This document shows, piece after piece, positions 53,801 to 64,000 of a DNA stretch of 64,000 nt. Source of the DNA: Saccostrea echinata (lineage: Eukaryota); NCBI RefSeq assembly GCF_033153115.1, contig NW_026889750.1, forward strand, positions 51,708,001 to 51,772,000. The letters are read 5' to 3'. Positions within the stretch are counted from its first letter, which is position 1, and each line of letters opens with the position of its first letter. The notes under the pieces were generated by a model that worked only from the letters and a program-made list of their open reading frames with translations, was not told the origin of the DNA and ran no database searches. Position numbers and translations under genes: made by a program.

Positions 53801-53902
53801 CGGATCAGGGTTAAATATGGACTTACTTTGTAAAATGTTCTTTGAATTCAGCGACGAAAATCCTCCGATGTTAGTGGCAACTGCAACTCCGTAATCCCCC
53901 AT
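37042..53902 (-). CDS. CPEB4: Cytoplasmic polyadenylation element-binding protein, CPEB2/3/4 (Orb2) subfamily
   Basis: Exons 53902-52988, 50079-49980, 47380-47216, 45594-45505, 44072-43954, 39577-39463, 39199-39018, 37269-37042. MGDYG start, Q/S/N-rich N-terminus, RRM1 (RFSRKVFVGGLPPDIDE), RRM2 (TIFVGGVPRPLRAVELAMIMDRLYGGV), ZZ zinc finger ending PRAVPFRWC. Confidence 0.95.
37408..38831 (+). mobile_element. HINE (Helentron-associated) element carrying ~6 copies of a ~156-167 bp satellite, in the last CPEB intron
   Basis: 5' aacaagaggcccatgggccacatcgctcacc; unit marker tgaacaaacttgaatctacactacctgaggatgcttcc at ~37670, 37826, 37983, 38150, 38315, 38478; (GACA/GACG)n; 3' gctcacttgagctttcagctcaggtgagc plus A run. 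Confidence 0.85.
39697..39993. mobile_element. Degenerate TIR MITE
   Basis: taggccatcttt... and ...aaagatggtctt inverted ends. Confidence 0.45.
40815..40988. repeat. 24-bp minisatellite, ~7 copies
   Basis: Unit ataaatagattgctctctccactg. Confidence 0.92.
41029..42753. mobile_element. ~1.7-kb non-autonomous TIR element
   Basis: taggccaaagttttt...ggtttacgatt and aatcgtaaacc...aaaactttggcctta inverted termini; no ORF. Confidence 0.6.
42765..43275 (+). mobile_element. HINE-like satellite-bearing fragment interrupted by a duplicated local segment
   Basis: Two units containing ccagtgaccttgaact...accaagtatgagcttccaatgattctc...caaagttatagcccaaac. Confidence 0.55.
44162..44915. mobile_element. hAT-like MITE with 6-bp TSD
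   Basis: Perfect 17-bp TIR CAGACCTGCCTACCCTT / AAGGGTAGGCAGGTCTG; TSD AGGCTG at 44156-44161 and 44916-44921. Confidence 0.85.
45123..45258. mobile_element. Palindromic hairpin MITE
   Basis: caggtccaatcaagg...ttgtattccatacaccct / agggtgtatggaatacaa...ccttgattgaacctg. Confidence 0.7.
47478..47640. mobile_element. Decayed palindromic MITE
   Basis: gaattgttggag...gagattttgttg / caacaaaatctc...ctctaacaattc. Confidence 0.55.
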
Positions 53903-53937
53903 CAATAAAATAACGTAAATATGGTTGGAAGGGGGAG

Positions 53938-54018
53938 TTACAATGTTCCTCGTCCGCCACGTCTGCTCCTGATGGCTCGGATCTGCTCTTCTGCGTATTT
54001 TGGCCCACTGCCCTTCAT
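53938..54018 (-). promoter_or_regulatory. Upstream ORF (26 aa) in the CPEB 5' leader
   Basis: gaaATGa; MKGSGPKYAEEQIRAIRSRRGGRGTL*, ending 35 nt before the main ATG; GC-box (54243-54250) and ATTTGCAT octamer (54279) further upstream. Confidence 0.55.
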
Positions 54019-54482
54019 TTCCGCTTTGTAAATTAAGTTTCTAATCCTCAAAATGTAAATAATGAAAAGATTTTTCTAGACATTGTAAGGATATTTATGT
54101 AAATACATGAATTAAACATTGTGTAAATAAGACAGGAGTTTATAATTCTTTCAGTTTTCGGATGGAATTATTGCGAATAAAGTCAAAACATAAAATGACA
54201 GACGGTGATCTAGAAACTAAGTAATTTGAATAATCATAAGTAGGCGGGGCTTATACCTTTTATACCGTTATTTGAATAATTTGCATATTTTATTATTTAT
54301 TAGTGAACAAAATATATATGAAATCTTAGTTAAACATTTTCAATACCTTTTTATTACAGTTTCTGATAATTCTCTAAGATCTACGTACAATTCTAAAATC
54401 AGATAACATTCAAATTTATTAATTTGCATGCTTTCTTGATAGAAGTAGGTTTGAAGTCTTTTTGATGTATACACTGTAGTGG

Positions 54483-54896
54483 CAGGCAGTAGGAAGCAAT
54501 TTTAGTGTCTTGTTTTGTTTTTTGTTTTGGGGAGGACCACGTCAAACATTTTAAGTTGGGGGTTGGTGTAGTACCAAACAAAATTCCTTGACAACGTCAA
54601 GCCCGGAAAAAGGTCCGACATCGGATAATTATTGAGGGGACACCATAAGTAGCCTAGTGCCCTCTACGGTACATTGGCAAAAAAAAAAAAAACAAACAAA
54701 ATAAAAAACAAACAAACAAACAAAACAAAAAAGAAAAGAAAACACACACAAACACCCCCCTCCCCCAAAAAAAACAAACAAACAAATAAACATACAGACA
54801 AAAACAAGACAAAAACGGCAAAAAACAAACAAACAAAAAAAAAAAATGAGATGGGGCACGGTCCCTGTGCCTCCTCCCTCCCCCGCGTCCTACATG
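54483..54896 (+). mobile_element. Decayed relative of the 506-768 MITE with an A-rich interior
   Basis: caggcagtaggaagcaatttt, aaaattccttgacaa, ggggcacg...tcctacatg; no TSD preserved. Confidence 0.55.
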
Positions 54897-55830
54897 TTTG
54901 TTTCATTGGTATGATTTATTTGTAAATTTAAAAATATTTCTGTAATGTAACTGCATTTAATCTAGATCCCCCCCCCCCCCCGCTTTTTATGAATGAGAAG
55001 AAAGTTTTGTTAGCCCATTGCAGGATTTGCAGAAATTGGGACCGGAAAAAAAAACAACGTCAAATCACTTTGGGCCCGGCAATGAGGAACATATATTACA
55101 GGCATTGAGAAAAATCACGTGGAACTCTTTTTAACATGGTTATTCGGTGCACACAAATTGTATTTTATATAACAGCATGGATTGACAAATTTGGACTTAT
55201 TCGTTTGTCATATCGAGTAGCATCGTTTGTTATCAAACGTAATCCACGGCTCGGAATTTCAATTCATTTTAACTGTCAGTTGTATAATGTTTAGAAACTG
55301 TCTTAATAAAAGTCATTCTTTAATTGCAATATTTTTAAGATGACACATCTGAATTCTAAATGTGGTTTTTACTATGAAAAATAACTTCTTTGTTTATTTA
55401 CAGAAAGCCCGGCTTCTTGTATAAATTAAAATTATGTCTTTATTTTGAATTAAAATGTGGACATGCGTCATAAATTTAGAACATAAAGTATTTAACATGG
55501 TTGTAATGATGTACATGTATTTTCTGACCATGGTCTTAAAGATTTCAACAGATGTACATATAGATAAAAGCGATATTTTCCGCTTAGTGGCAACGACAGG
55601 AATTAGATTTTACACCGGACAAACGTTAAAAAAAAAACAAAAAAAAAAACACGTGTCTTAGTCTATAATTATTTTTAACCCGGAGAGAAGAGGAAACGCA
55701 CGGAAGGATACAGTTAAGCTTGTGATGTTTCCGCTAGCCTTAACGGTGTGCAACAAAAGTCTTTTGGTCACATATTTATAAGATAAAATCTTGGGAGACT
55801 ATTTTTTCTCACGTGTGCACGATAAAGATT

Positions 55831-55834
<4 letters not shown>

Positions 55835-55864
<30 letters not shown>
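55835..55864. repeat. (GT)n microsatellite
   Basis: Pure GT run. Confidence 0.95.
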
Positions 55865-55870
<6 letters not shown>

Positions 55871-57191
55871 TTAAAATGTTGTCCTTTAACCTGATATCGA
55901 ATTTGCAATCTAAAAATAGAATTGGAGATCACATTGTATTTTTTAATTGCAAATTATAATTAATTTACAGTTAATAAATGTTTTTCGAACTAAAAACCTT
56001 AAAGATTATCCTCACATACAGTGCTAAAAAAAAATTGTGAAAAAATCACGATGAAGCATTGAAGATATTTAATACATATATCTCTTACTTAGAAATCACT
56101 GTTCAAATATTCAAAAGTTATTTTCTTATTTAAAAATGAACATTTTTAAAAAAGAAATCCAGAAACCCATATTATTGCATTCTTTGAGTATTCAGAGGAT
56201 GTAGTCTCAAGATTTGTAAAAAAAAAAAAATAATAATAATTTATGAACTCCAGAATCAACCACTCGTTTCCTTCCCATTTATTCCGAAACCACGTCATGT
56301 ACAGATCTGTTAATTCACTTACCCAATAAAAAGTATAGGGGCACAACACAGTCAACTGACTTAATTTCCTAATGTCAATATAGTATATGTACTCGCACAA
56401 TAACTGAGGGAACACAACACACAACTGTAAATTAGCTTTGTGTTCTATAATAAAGTATATATTTGGGAAAAAAAATATTGCATAGGGGCACCCGCACACC
56501 ATCCGCACCCCTCCCTCCATCCTGTTCCTACGCGGACCTGAAATAAATTTTACTTATGCTGTTCCAGCTTTAATATGAATATGAAAAAATGTACAATTAT
56601 AATATGTTATTAAATATTATAAATACAGTATACTTATGATGTAAGATCACCCCCCCCCCCCCTCGTTTCATGTCTTCTTCTGTTTCATGTTTTAAGTTCT
56701 TATTTATCAACATGTCCACGTTTTGTGACAATGTTCAACTTGCCTCGACCCGAATATATCGATAAAAATAAATTCTATGAATGGCGATTTCGATCCCCAA
56801 CGCAGGGTGATTACCAGAAAAAATTGCAATGCTCGTTCTCGGTTAGACTTTCTCATTTTCATCTTAAAGTTTAATAATTTTACCAGGATAAAAAGAAGAT
56901 GTATTATAAATATAGGTGATATATGGTGACTCTTACTTCTTAAAGTCACTTGGTATGTTTTTCTTAATAACAGTACATGGTTGCATAGAATATGTATGAA
57001 AATAAGGGATAAACAATGACGGGAAAATGAAAATAAGATTTTTTGCGTACTATAATTCAAATTATACAACTTGAACGTATTATTATAAATCAATTTGTGA
57101 ATTTACACCCCGTTAATAAAAAAAAGTTAATATAAATTATTCTTTTAACGTATGTTAGTTTTGCTTTAAAACGCTAAAGTTCCGCTTGTAT

Positions 57192-57795
57192 TTTTTTGTT
57201 TCTTTGTTTCACAGGTACTTGTGAACAGGACCCCCCCCCCATTCCCCCCCGATGTTTGTTGGAGATTTTTTCACAAATTATATTTATTACACTTATTCAT
57301 CATGTGTACCATAGGAAAAAATCGTGAAAACCCCAAAATAATCATTCCACACAAAAATACCCCACTATACATTATAAGAGAGAAAGGTATGCCACTCCAT
57401 TTTGTTTACGTTGTACCCCCACTGGTCTTCCTGGGTTAAAAAACACGTTTATATTTTATTTCAACCTAAAATGTCGGTTCACACTGTCTCTACATATTTC
57501 TGTCTTAGTTCATGCTATCGGATTGACTTTGCATCTCGTAAGAATCCCACAATTTCTCCTTAAACAGCATGGCATACCTTTCTCTCTTATAATGTATAGT
57601 GGGGTATTTTTGTGTGGAACGATTATTTTTGGGGTTTTACGATTTTTTCCTATGGTACACATGATGAATAAGTGTAATAAATATAATTTGTGAAAAAAAT
57701 GTCCAACAAACATCGGGGTTGAATGGGGGGGGGGGAGGGGTCCTGTCCACAAGTATCTGTGGTTTGTTTCTTTGTTTGTTTTTTTTTTGTTTTTT
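57192..57795. repeat. ~200-bp inverted repeat pair with ~175-bp spacer
   Basis: 57192-57394 vs 57569-57795 are near-identical in reverse; the ORF track shows the same peptide (FFHKLYLLHLFIMCTIGKNR) on both strands. Confidence 0.9.
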
Positions 57796-58966
57796 GCGGG
57801 CGTATACATAGCAAACGTGCATAGATCTAACAGAGGAAGGGGGTCCGGACGGCCATAAATTAAATTTTTATGTAAAATAACCATTAGATTACCGGAATCT
57901 TACTGCTTTAATATTTACGGGACTAGATTGAATTTTGAAATTAATAAAATGCACACTGTTAATGGCGAATAATATGTTTCTTTATAAAATTAACCTTTAA
58001 TAAAATAATCGAATTTTATTACAGAATTTGAGGGGTTGGGGGAGGGTGATATGTGAAAGTTCTTTTTTGACATCATTTGTACATCAAATATAAAAAAACA
58101 AAATACTTATACCATCTGGTAATTTACCTGCCATTCTAAAACCCGGACAGACGAGAAATATTACGTGATCAACAGTCAGGCCACCTATGTATATAATTAT
58201 ATAAATGTCTATAGTATCTAAACCAGAAATCTACAGTAAATAACATGTAGGTCCCCGGCTAATCAATTTAAACTTAATTAATTTTTTATACCCCGTACTT
58301 TACGGCTACAATAGAATTATGTAGAAAATAAAGTATATATTTTCATGGAATTCGATTTGAAAATATGTGAAAAGTAATCCCGATACCTAAATTCAAATTA
58401 ATGATTTTTTTTAAAGAAGAGGCTAATAACATATAAATTACCGTTTTCTGAGAGACTGTAGGTAATTTGGATACATTTCCTTTGTCTGATAACGAAAAAA
58501 AAACCCCAAAAAACTCCCGGCATATTCATGACTAAATCATGACCGATTTTCTTAATTTTTCAGTGAAAACAATAATTTAAATATGATTTTTCGTCTTGTT
58601 CACTTACAAATCATGCCCCCATACACCTTATTTGACCAAGCTATAGCTATAAAGCACCATTAAAGGAATTCATGTCTCTAATTTAAGAAATCTGTAGGCT
58701 GCTCCTTTCATTTACTAGTTCTTGACCTTCACTATCGCAAAAACTATAACTTAAACCTGTACTGATTTGACTATTACTCCAACGAAAAGTGGGGGCCAAT
58801 CAATGAACATTTTTAACTGTAAAAGGTTATGTTTGCAAAAAAAAGGGGGGGGGGTTAGATCTTCACATGACACACATTGGCAAAATAAATCAGGACTGGG
58901 GATATATGTACTTTGGTTTATGGTGCAAAAGTGTGTTTAAGAAGTAATGAGAGCAATGAAAGAAAG

Positions 58967-59022
58967 TATTCACTTTAGAGAAGTGGACAGGTTTTGGCCT
59001 ATCCACTTCTCTAAAGAGAATA
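58967..59022. repeat. Short near-perfect palindrome
   Basis: tattcactttagagaagtggacagg / cctatccacttctctaaagagaata. Confidence 0.8.
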
Positions 59023-59570
59023 TGAAAACAGAAATTTATCATTTATCGTAAATAGTAACCCCCCCCCCAATAGAAAGAATGAAAAAAGAGAAAGAAGAAA
59101 CACAAAGTATAAGACAAGACATTCGCATCATTCGCCCAATAAGTCATGAGCTTAGATTCATTATTTATTATTATATTCTTTTCTGAATGATGGCATTTTT
59201 AAATAACTCGCGTTTTCCAGGAAAGCCATCACGATCGACTTATCCGGAATTCAACTTCCGGTCTAAAAGTGTCAACAACAGAACGGTGGGAACAGAAATT
59301 CAGAGGTCTCAGACAGATTTAGGACTTATTCATGCTCACGCGTGGTGAAAAAATCCATTCGAAAGATTTTTTCTTGGTGAAAGAATACACTCAATTATTT
59401 CTTTATCCAATCTGAATAATATTTTGTCAACCTTGAGTTTATCTGTCCCTGAGGTGATTTTATCATCACTAATGTGCGTTCGTGTTTTGTATTCATGAAC
59501 AGTGATGGTGGGAGACATTTGAGGAGAATGACCATAAACAGTATTTATTGACGGAGAAGGAAACAGAATT

Positions 59571-59596
59571 ATGGCAGTGCAGCGAGAGGAAGAGAG
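59571..59596 (+). CDS. Candidate first coding exon of an unidentified + strand gene
   Basis: ATG MAVQREEE then AG|GTAAGC donor; CpG-containing region with ETS-like ccggaa/cttccgg motifs at ~59244-59262. No downstream exon was identified in the window. Confidence 0.35.
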
Positions 59597-60131
59597 GTAA
59601 GCATGAACAGCCAGTCACACGTGGGTAATCATCAGATGATTATATATATATATATATATATATATATAACTCTGATTTAAGGACTAGGGAGACCAGACCA
59701 TTATATATGGCTTAAGGAGACAATATACAAATTTTTTAAATTTGCTTTTTTCTAAAAAGAAATACCAGATCAAAGATCTATAGAACACCATTTAGTCGAC
59801 TCTTGCTTTATTTTTTCATAATAAATGCCTCCTAAAAATATATGAAAAAAATGGTCTCCTTAATATTTTATGTTTCTCTCATATGACTTAAGGAGACCAG
59901 TGTATATTTTTTATAAATATGACTTGTGGTTTAAGTAGACCATTTTTCTTTCATAGTAATTTCACTTATTATGCATTAATTAACATATTGTTTCCAACCA
60001 GAATAGTTGCGGATGGTCATTAGTCAAGGTCAGCAGAAAGATATTTGTGCTAATGTGACTCAACATGATCAGTACAAAACGTTGAATTAAACTAAAGTTT
60101 ATCATTGCACAAGTGACTTAAATAGAGAGTA

Positions 60132-60432
60132 GTTGCCCCAGTGGCACAGTGGTTAGAGCGTCTGCTCTAGAGTAGCGAAGTAAGGAGTTGATCCTTACGT
60201 CGCAGGTTCAAATCCCACTGTGGGATGGGGAGACCGGTCCTTCAGATGAGACCGTATAAATCGAGGTCCTGTGTCGCAGTAGGTGCTGGCACGAAAAAAA
60301 TCCCTCGATGCTCAATGGCCGTAAGTGCCGATATAGGACAAAATTTGCAGATCTCCACCGGCATGTGGTGGTGTCTCCATTTGAGTGAAAAAATCTTGAG
60401 AGGAATGTTAAACAACATACAATCAATCAATA
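60132..60432 (+). mobile_element. tRNA-headed SINE with Deu/Nin-like core
   Basis: Box A TGGCACAGTGGTTAGAGC, box B GGTTCAAATCCC, core ttcagatgagaccgtataaatcgaggtcctg, (CAAT)n tail; TSD atagagagta. Confidence 0.85.
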
Positions 60433-60490
60433 TATAGAGAGTATAAGCCCAGAGTAGCTTGTTCTGATATCCACATTTAACTCTCAATGC

Positions 60491-60766
60491 TGTCGCCCAC
60501 GTGGTGCAGTGGAAAGAGCCAATGCTCTAGAGTCGTGGAGTTAGTTGATCCTTTTCTCACATGTTTGAATCCCACTTTTGGACGTAGAGACCGGTCCTTC
60601 GTACAAACAGAGGTCCAGTGTCGCAGTAGATGCTGGCATGAAAAAGATCCCTCACTGCCCATTGGCCCTGAGTGCCGAGCATAGCTCATTTGCAGCTCTC
60701 CATCAGCAAGTGTTGGCATCTCCATATGAGTGAAAAATTCTCCAGAGGGACGTTAAACAACAAACA
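60491..60766 (+). mobile_element. SINE, second copy
   Basis: Same head, core and tail; TSD aactctcaatgc on both sides; (AAAC)n tail. Confidence 0.85.
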
Positions 60767-62130
60767 AACTCTCAATGCCCAAAACAGTTTAACCTAAAAG
60801 TGAATGCAGACATAGATTATTCTTTAAACCAAGTATAGTATACTCCATATTGTTTTGTTGAGGACACAAAGTTCACAGTAGACTTCAAGTAGTTTTTCCT
60901 GCTATTTATACCAAGCTTCTTTTAAACCATATAGTCACTGAGTGCATTCGCTTTCCAACTAATTGATGAAGTTCTGACCTATGCCTATATTTGTTTAAAT
61001 TCTTTCTGATTTAAGAATACATTTGACCAGTTGAAACCAAGAGTACATGTACTACATAAAATTTCAAGGTTGTGATTAAGATTCAGTAAAAGTTATGCCC
61101 CATCCAGTATAGCAATATGTGGATGCCATGTTCAATATGCATATTTGCTATCATTAAACTTGCAGAGACCATGAATCAAAATAATTCAAATGCTTAAAAA
61201 TCATTTTATTTTTACTGCTAGTCAAAATACAGTCACTCAAGCATATCCTTTGTTAATTTGAAAAAAAAATGATAGTTTAACATTTATTATTAATACCATA
61301 CCAAAGCACAAGATAGTGCACTTCTTACATAATCCAATGATTCATGCTGTGATTTTACCTATTTAGATGTTTCTTATTTACAGTTCAGTATACATGATAT
61401 ACCAGTACAATGTGACACTAACCTAGTATCAGCTAAATGGATCATTACTATTCTGTTTTTAAGAAGTTTGCAGGGTAAAAAGTATAATAAAATAAAAATG
61501 TTGATACATTTATTGATTGCATATGCTAAAAGCTTTTATAAAATATCAAACATTGTATCATAACAGCTTTTACAAATGAATTCAATACATTCAAAGGTAC
61601 AAAAATCAAATTATTTTCATCCACAGTTTTATCATATTCAGTTGAACAACAGCTACATCTATTATATAAAATGTATGGTAGTTGGCACTGATGGTACACT
61701 GTATATATATCCTGAGCAAAGAAAAAACATACCTAATCAAAGAATACAAAGCTCACTTCTATAAATGTTATCTACTAGTAAGGCAAAGTCTCACTCAACA
61801 AACACTCTGGTAATGTATATCACCTGGATCCAAAATCTATGCAAGTTGGTCTGGGTTAGATTTAACTGCTCAATAACCCTGAAAATGTATGTTACATCCA
61901 GCATCAGAAGCAGGATACATCATCTATGTTTACTGATCACCAAAGAGTATATTGTTACTTTGAATGAACCTTCTCTAAAAAACTGGTCATTAATCCAGAA
62001 AATCTAAGTCAAATCAAGGATTGGTACCCTGAAACATTTACATGTACATACATCATCTTTGCAGGTTTGTTCAACATAGAGTTTATAATTACATGAGAAT
62101 AGGACTGCTCAAAACACTTAATCTTGTGGA

Positions 62131-62440
62131 GTCCCCCATGTGGCGCAAAGGAGAGAGTTTGTAATCTAGAGTCGCGAGTAAGGATTTAATCCTTAAGTCT
62201 CAGGTTCAAATCCACTGGGGTTGTGGGGACCAGTCCTTCAGATTAGACCATATAAACTGAGGTCCCGCCTAGCAGTTGATGTGGGCACAAAAAAGATCCC
62301 TTACTGCTCAAGGCCCTGAGTGCAAAGTATAGGTCAAATTTTGCAGCTCTCCACCAGCAAGTAGTGGCATCTCCATATGGATGAAAAATTCTTGAGAGGG
62401 ATGTTAAACAACAAACAAACAAAAACAAAAAAAAAAAAAC
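62131..62440 (+). mobile_element. SINE, third copy
   Basis: tggcgcaaagg box A, ggttcaaatcc box B, shared core, AAAC/A tail. Confidence 0.85.
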
Positions 62441-62819
62441 ACATGAGGAAAATGTAGATCAGGTCAAGCATCTGAAGTAAATCTGTTAATGTGCTTTAAT
62501 CCATGCAAGTTTGTCCAGGTAGAGCTTAGGAATGAACCTTGCTCCTTAAATTTTAACTGGGATGACAATGCTAGGTATATAATAAGAACTCATCTAGACT
62601 GTCCAGAAAAGCTAAAAAATATTTAGCAATTTATTACTTGCATGATTTAAAAAAATCTGCAATCTAACATTATTTAAAAAAAAATTCAACACATTTTCTA
62701 ATTTTCAACAAATTCAATGCACTATGAGACGATTTAACATTTCTTAACCACATACACTGTACTTAAAGTGCAATATACATGCATTATACTGTATGTTAAA
62801 TCTTTACAGTTTTCTTCAA

Positions 62820-63075
62820 GTACTCTAATAGTATATGAAGATTACCAACAGTGATCAAGCTTTAAAGTCCATTGAAACAATACATAATTAGAGCAGAGCA
62901 AACACAGACCTCTAAAAACACCAGGTGCAATGGAGGAGAAAGCATTTCCTGCCATGTGCTTCTTGACATGACTGGGCAAATGGAAAAATCCACAAACAAT
63001 TCAGTGTAAACAATTTTGATGAAAAACATTAGTCAACATTCAACTTAATGATCGATTGAATTTGCTATAACAATT
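62820..63075 (-). mobile_element. Decayed 3'-end copy of the Penelope-like element
   Basis: aagtccatt...agagcaaacacagacctctaaaa...caggtgcaatggaggag...gaaaaatcc matches the reverse complement of ~23900-24170. Confidence 0.65.
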
Positions 63076-63452
63076 AATTTACACGTAAGTGTACACACAT
63101 GTATGCATACTAGATGAATTATTTCACAATATCCAAAATTGGACAATAATAGTTTCTAATCTAGCTAGACAACAGGAAATTTTCATTATTACTTACATTA
63201 CATGAAACTATTGAAGTCTGTGAGCTACAAATTATATCTAAAAATTATACACATTTTAACAAGTGTTTACAGTTTAGTGTATTTATTATACACAAATGAT
63301 GACTTAGTAATTATGACATACTAGTAAAGTCCACAGATTGACTTCCAGATTTCAGCTCAAAGGCTTGAAGATTTTTAGTGGCTCTTTCATCATTTTTTTT
63401 TCACTGAATATTTTCATTTTTATTTTCAAGACGCTGTTTTTGTTGAGGTCTT

Positions 63453-63517
63453 TTAGCAGTTTGATGCAATCCAAGAACTCCAAGGGCAATTTAAGAACTC
63501 CTGAATTTCTTTCTTAC
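63453..63517 (-). CDS. Candidate terminal exon of a gene entering from the right (or a recursive splice site)
   Basis: Strong acceptor ttttattttttccag; the phase-1 frame reads xKKEIQEFLNCPWSSWIASNC*; protein not recognised. Confidence 0.3.
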
Positions 63518-64000
63518 CTGGAAAAAATAAAAATTTAAAAGTTTAAAATATATTCAACTTACATGAAGAAAACTAGTAAAACTAGTGATAATGTAATAGA
63601 CCTTTCAGATGTTCCAAAGCAGCTACATGTATCTAATTAAAAAATATAAAGTTTGAAGTATTTAGAGTCACCTGTACTCTGAACATGGGATATATGTATT
63701 TGACAGACAGATGAATGAATAGACTGATCACTATAGAGCACCTTAGTCTTAATTTTCAATAATCTTTATATTAGTGAAAATCAAATAGGAACTAGAGTGT
63801 TTCAAGGAATGTATATGTCACCTGCTAGGTATCGTCATTAAAGAGGTAAATAAATCTAAGAGTGGTCAGCTATTAATTTAATATTAGCATGGAGGTTCAT
63901 GCATTTGCCTGCAAGGAAAAAAAAGGATCCAAAAGTAAAAGACTGGGATAGAATCTGGCAATCAAAGAAAATATGGTTCCCCAGTCCTCAAATGAATAAT

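Noticed and set aside
54629-54925. Overlapping F/V/C-rich and K/N/Q-rich ORFs
   Set aside because: Low-complexity (AAAC)n interior of a decayed MITE.
60135-60225. Functional tRNA gene
   Set aside because: No canonical cloverleaf; it continues into a SINE body and tail with TSDs, and the three copies are diverged.

Overview
AT-rich, intron-containing animal DNA, most likely a bivalve mollusc (oyster-like, judged from HINE/satellite elements, Deu/Nin-type SINEs and an HSP70-12 gene). Five spliced protein-coding genes were rebuilt by hand with GT-AG junctions and consistent phases: a secreted AA15-type LPMO/chitin-binding-4 gene (-), CFAP97D2 (+), AKAP14 (-), HSPA12-like (-) and a CPEB2/3/4 (Orb2-like) gene (-). 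Two partial gene ends are possible near the right edge. Introns and intergenic DNA hold many non-autonomous DNA transposons with readable TIRs and TSDs (TA, TTAA, 5, 6 and 9 bp), Helentron-like satellite carriers, a truncated CR1/L2-group LINE, a decayed Penelope-like element and three tRNA-headed SINEs. The most unusual observations are: (1) a ~28-copy 47-bp minisatellite in AKAP14 whose unit is the exon end plus its 5' splice donor; (2) two tiny ATG-initiated, phase-matched candidate first exons that would give CPEB isoforms lacking the low-complexity domain, plus a 26-aa uORF; (3) an LPMO with a mucin-like stalk and two 6-Cys modules; (4) a candidate recursive-splice site. All calls come from reading the sequence; no searches were run.
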